Shown here in pieces: positions 19,426-20,000 of a stretch of DNA of 20,000 bases; position 1 is the stretch's first letter, and each line of letters starts with the position of its first letter. Location of the stretch: the NCBI GenBank assembly GCA_964255285.1, contig CAXUUL010000014.1, positions 49,403 through 69,402 on the forward strand. Direction: 5' to 3'. The DNA is from Ionaspis alba (Eukaryota). The notes under the pieces are model-generated. The model was given only the letters and a program-made list of their open reading frames with translations. It was not told the DNA's origin and made no database searches. The translations under genes were made by a program, and so were the position numbers.

Positions 19426-20000
19426 TTAATCATCTCCTAGACATCTTGAAGATCCTGTCTGCAAGAGAAGTTCCTCAAGCGTGGTGAAGTTAAGATTCTT
19501 GAAGAATTTGCATCGTTGGCGAATTGTCTTCTCGCGAGGGCATGCACCCGATCCTGTGATCATCATCTCCTCTACACTTGCTAGATAGAGCGCTTCCAAG
19601 TTCTCAGCTGTAGGAGGCAGTAGAGTATCGCGATCGATCTGCTCCTTTGACCTGTAAGTCTTCTCCATGGGTCGACCTGGACCAGGTATCAATTGAAAAC
19701 ATCATTGAAAGAACAAAGCTTCACGAACCGTAAAATTCCTCCATGACTCTCGCCATTTCGTTGAAGGTTGACCATTGACCAGTGACATAGGTTGTGCGCT
19801 CCTGAGAATGTAAGATGCCAGTCGTGAACGCTCTGGCCAGGAGAGTAACCAACCCACTCCGGCGCACTGAGTAGCATGATGAGCGCCTTTGCAATGTCCT
19901 GCGCACTTGTAAAGGATTGCACTTCATCACCAGTGCCTCTGATACATGCCCTCCATCCGTTTGGATCAATTGGAAATTCATCCGGGATTGAAGGCATGTA
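19426..20000 (-). CDS. NmrA-like / isoflavone-reductase-like oxidoreductase, 3' part (5' end outside window)
   Basis: Exons 20000-19854, 19801-19729 and 19676-19426 join to give ..FPIDPNGWRACIRGTGDEVQSFTSAQDIAKALIMLLSAPEWERTTYVTGQWSTFNEMARVMEEFYGRPMEKTYRS..FFKNLNFTTLEELL. This is the typical C-terminal half of atypical SDRs (GxGD..fTs..DiAka..W..tyv.G...T.nE). Confidence 0.8.

Noticed and set aside
1..20000. Identification as the sphingofungin, fumonisin, verlamelin or swainsonine cluster
   Set aside because: Individual families are shared, but the signature genes (HR-PKS, PLP aminoacyl-transferase, acyl-CoA ligase/thioesterase, 2OG dioxygenases) are not in the window and the overall gene set differs. 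No gene symbols were assigned.
1..20000. CRISPR arrays, rRNA/tRNA genes, intact transposons
   Set aside because: No repeat-spacer periodicity, RNA-gene signature, terminal repeats, transposase/RT motifs or RIP-like AT-rich blocks were seen.

Overview
Intron-containing filamentous-ascomycete DNA. The whole window is part of one secondary-metabolite gene cluster that runs off both ends. I reconstructed 11 spliced genes by hand. In order: the 5' end of an NRPS (degenerate starter C domain, then the start of an A domain), two tandem same-family SDRs, a cytochrome P450, a Sur2/BasA-like di-iron hydroxylase, an aldehyde-reductase-II/Gre2-like extended SDR, a second Sur2/BasA-like hydroxylase, a SnoaL-like cyclase, a retinol-dehydrogenase-like SDR, a transaldolase-fold class I aldolase, and the 3' end of an NmrA-like reductase. 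I do not recognise this combination as a characterised cluster. Several enzymes carry non-canonical active-site motifs: an SDR with Ser in place of the catalytic Tyr, a P450 lacking the I-helix Gly/Thr, and a 'transaldolase' lacking the catalytic Glu and the phosphate-binding Args. Three of about 30 inferred introns need GC-AG splicing. No database searches were run; family calls rest on recalled motifs.
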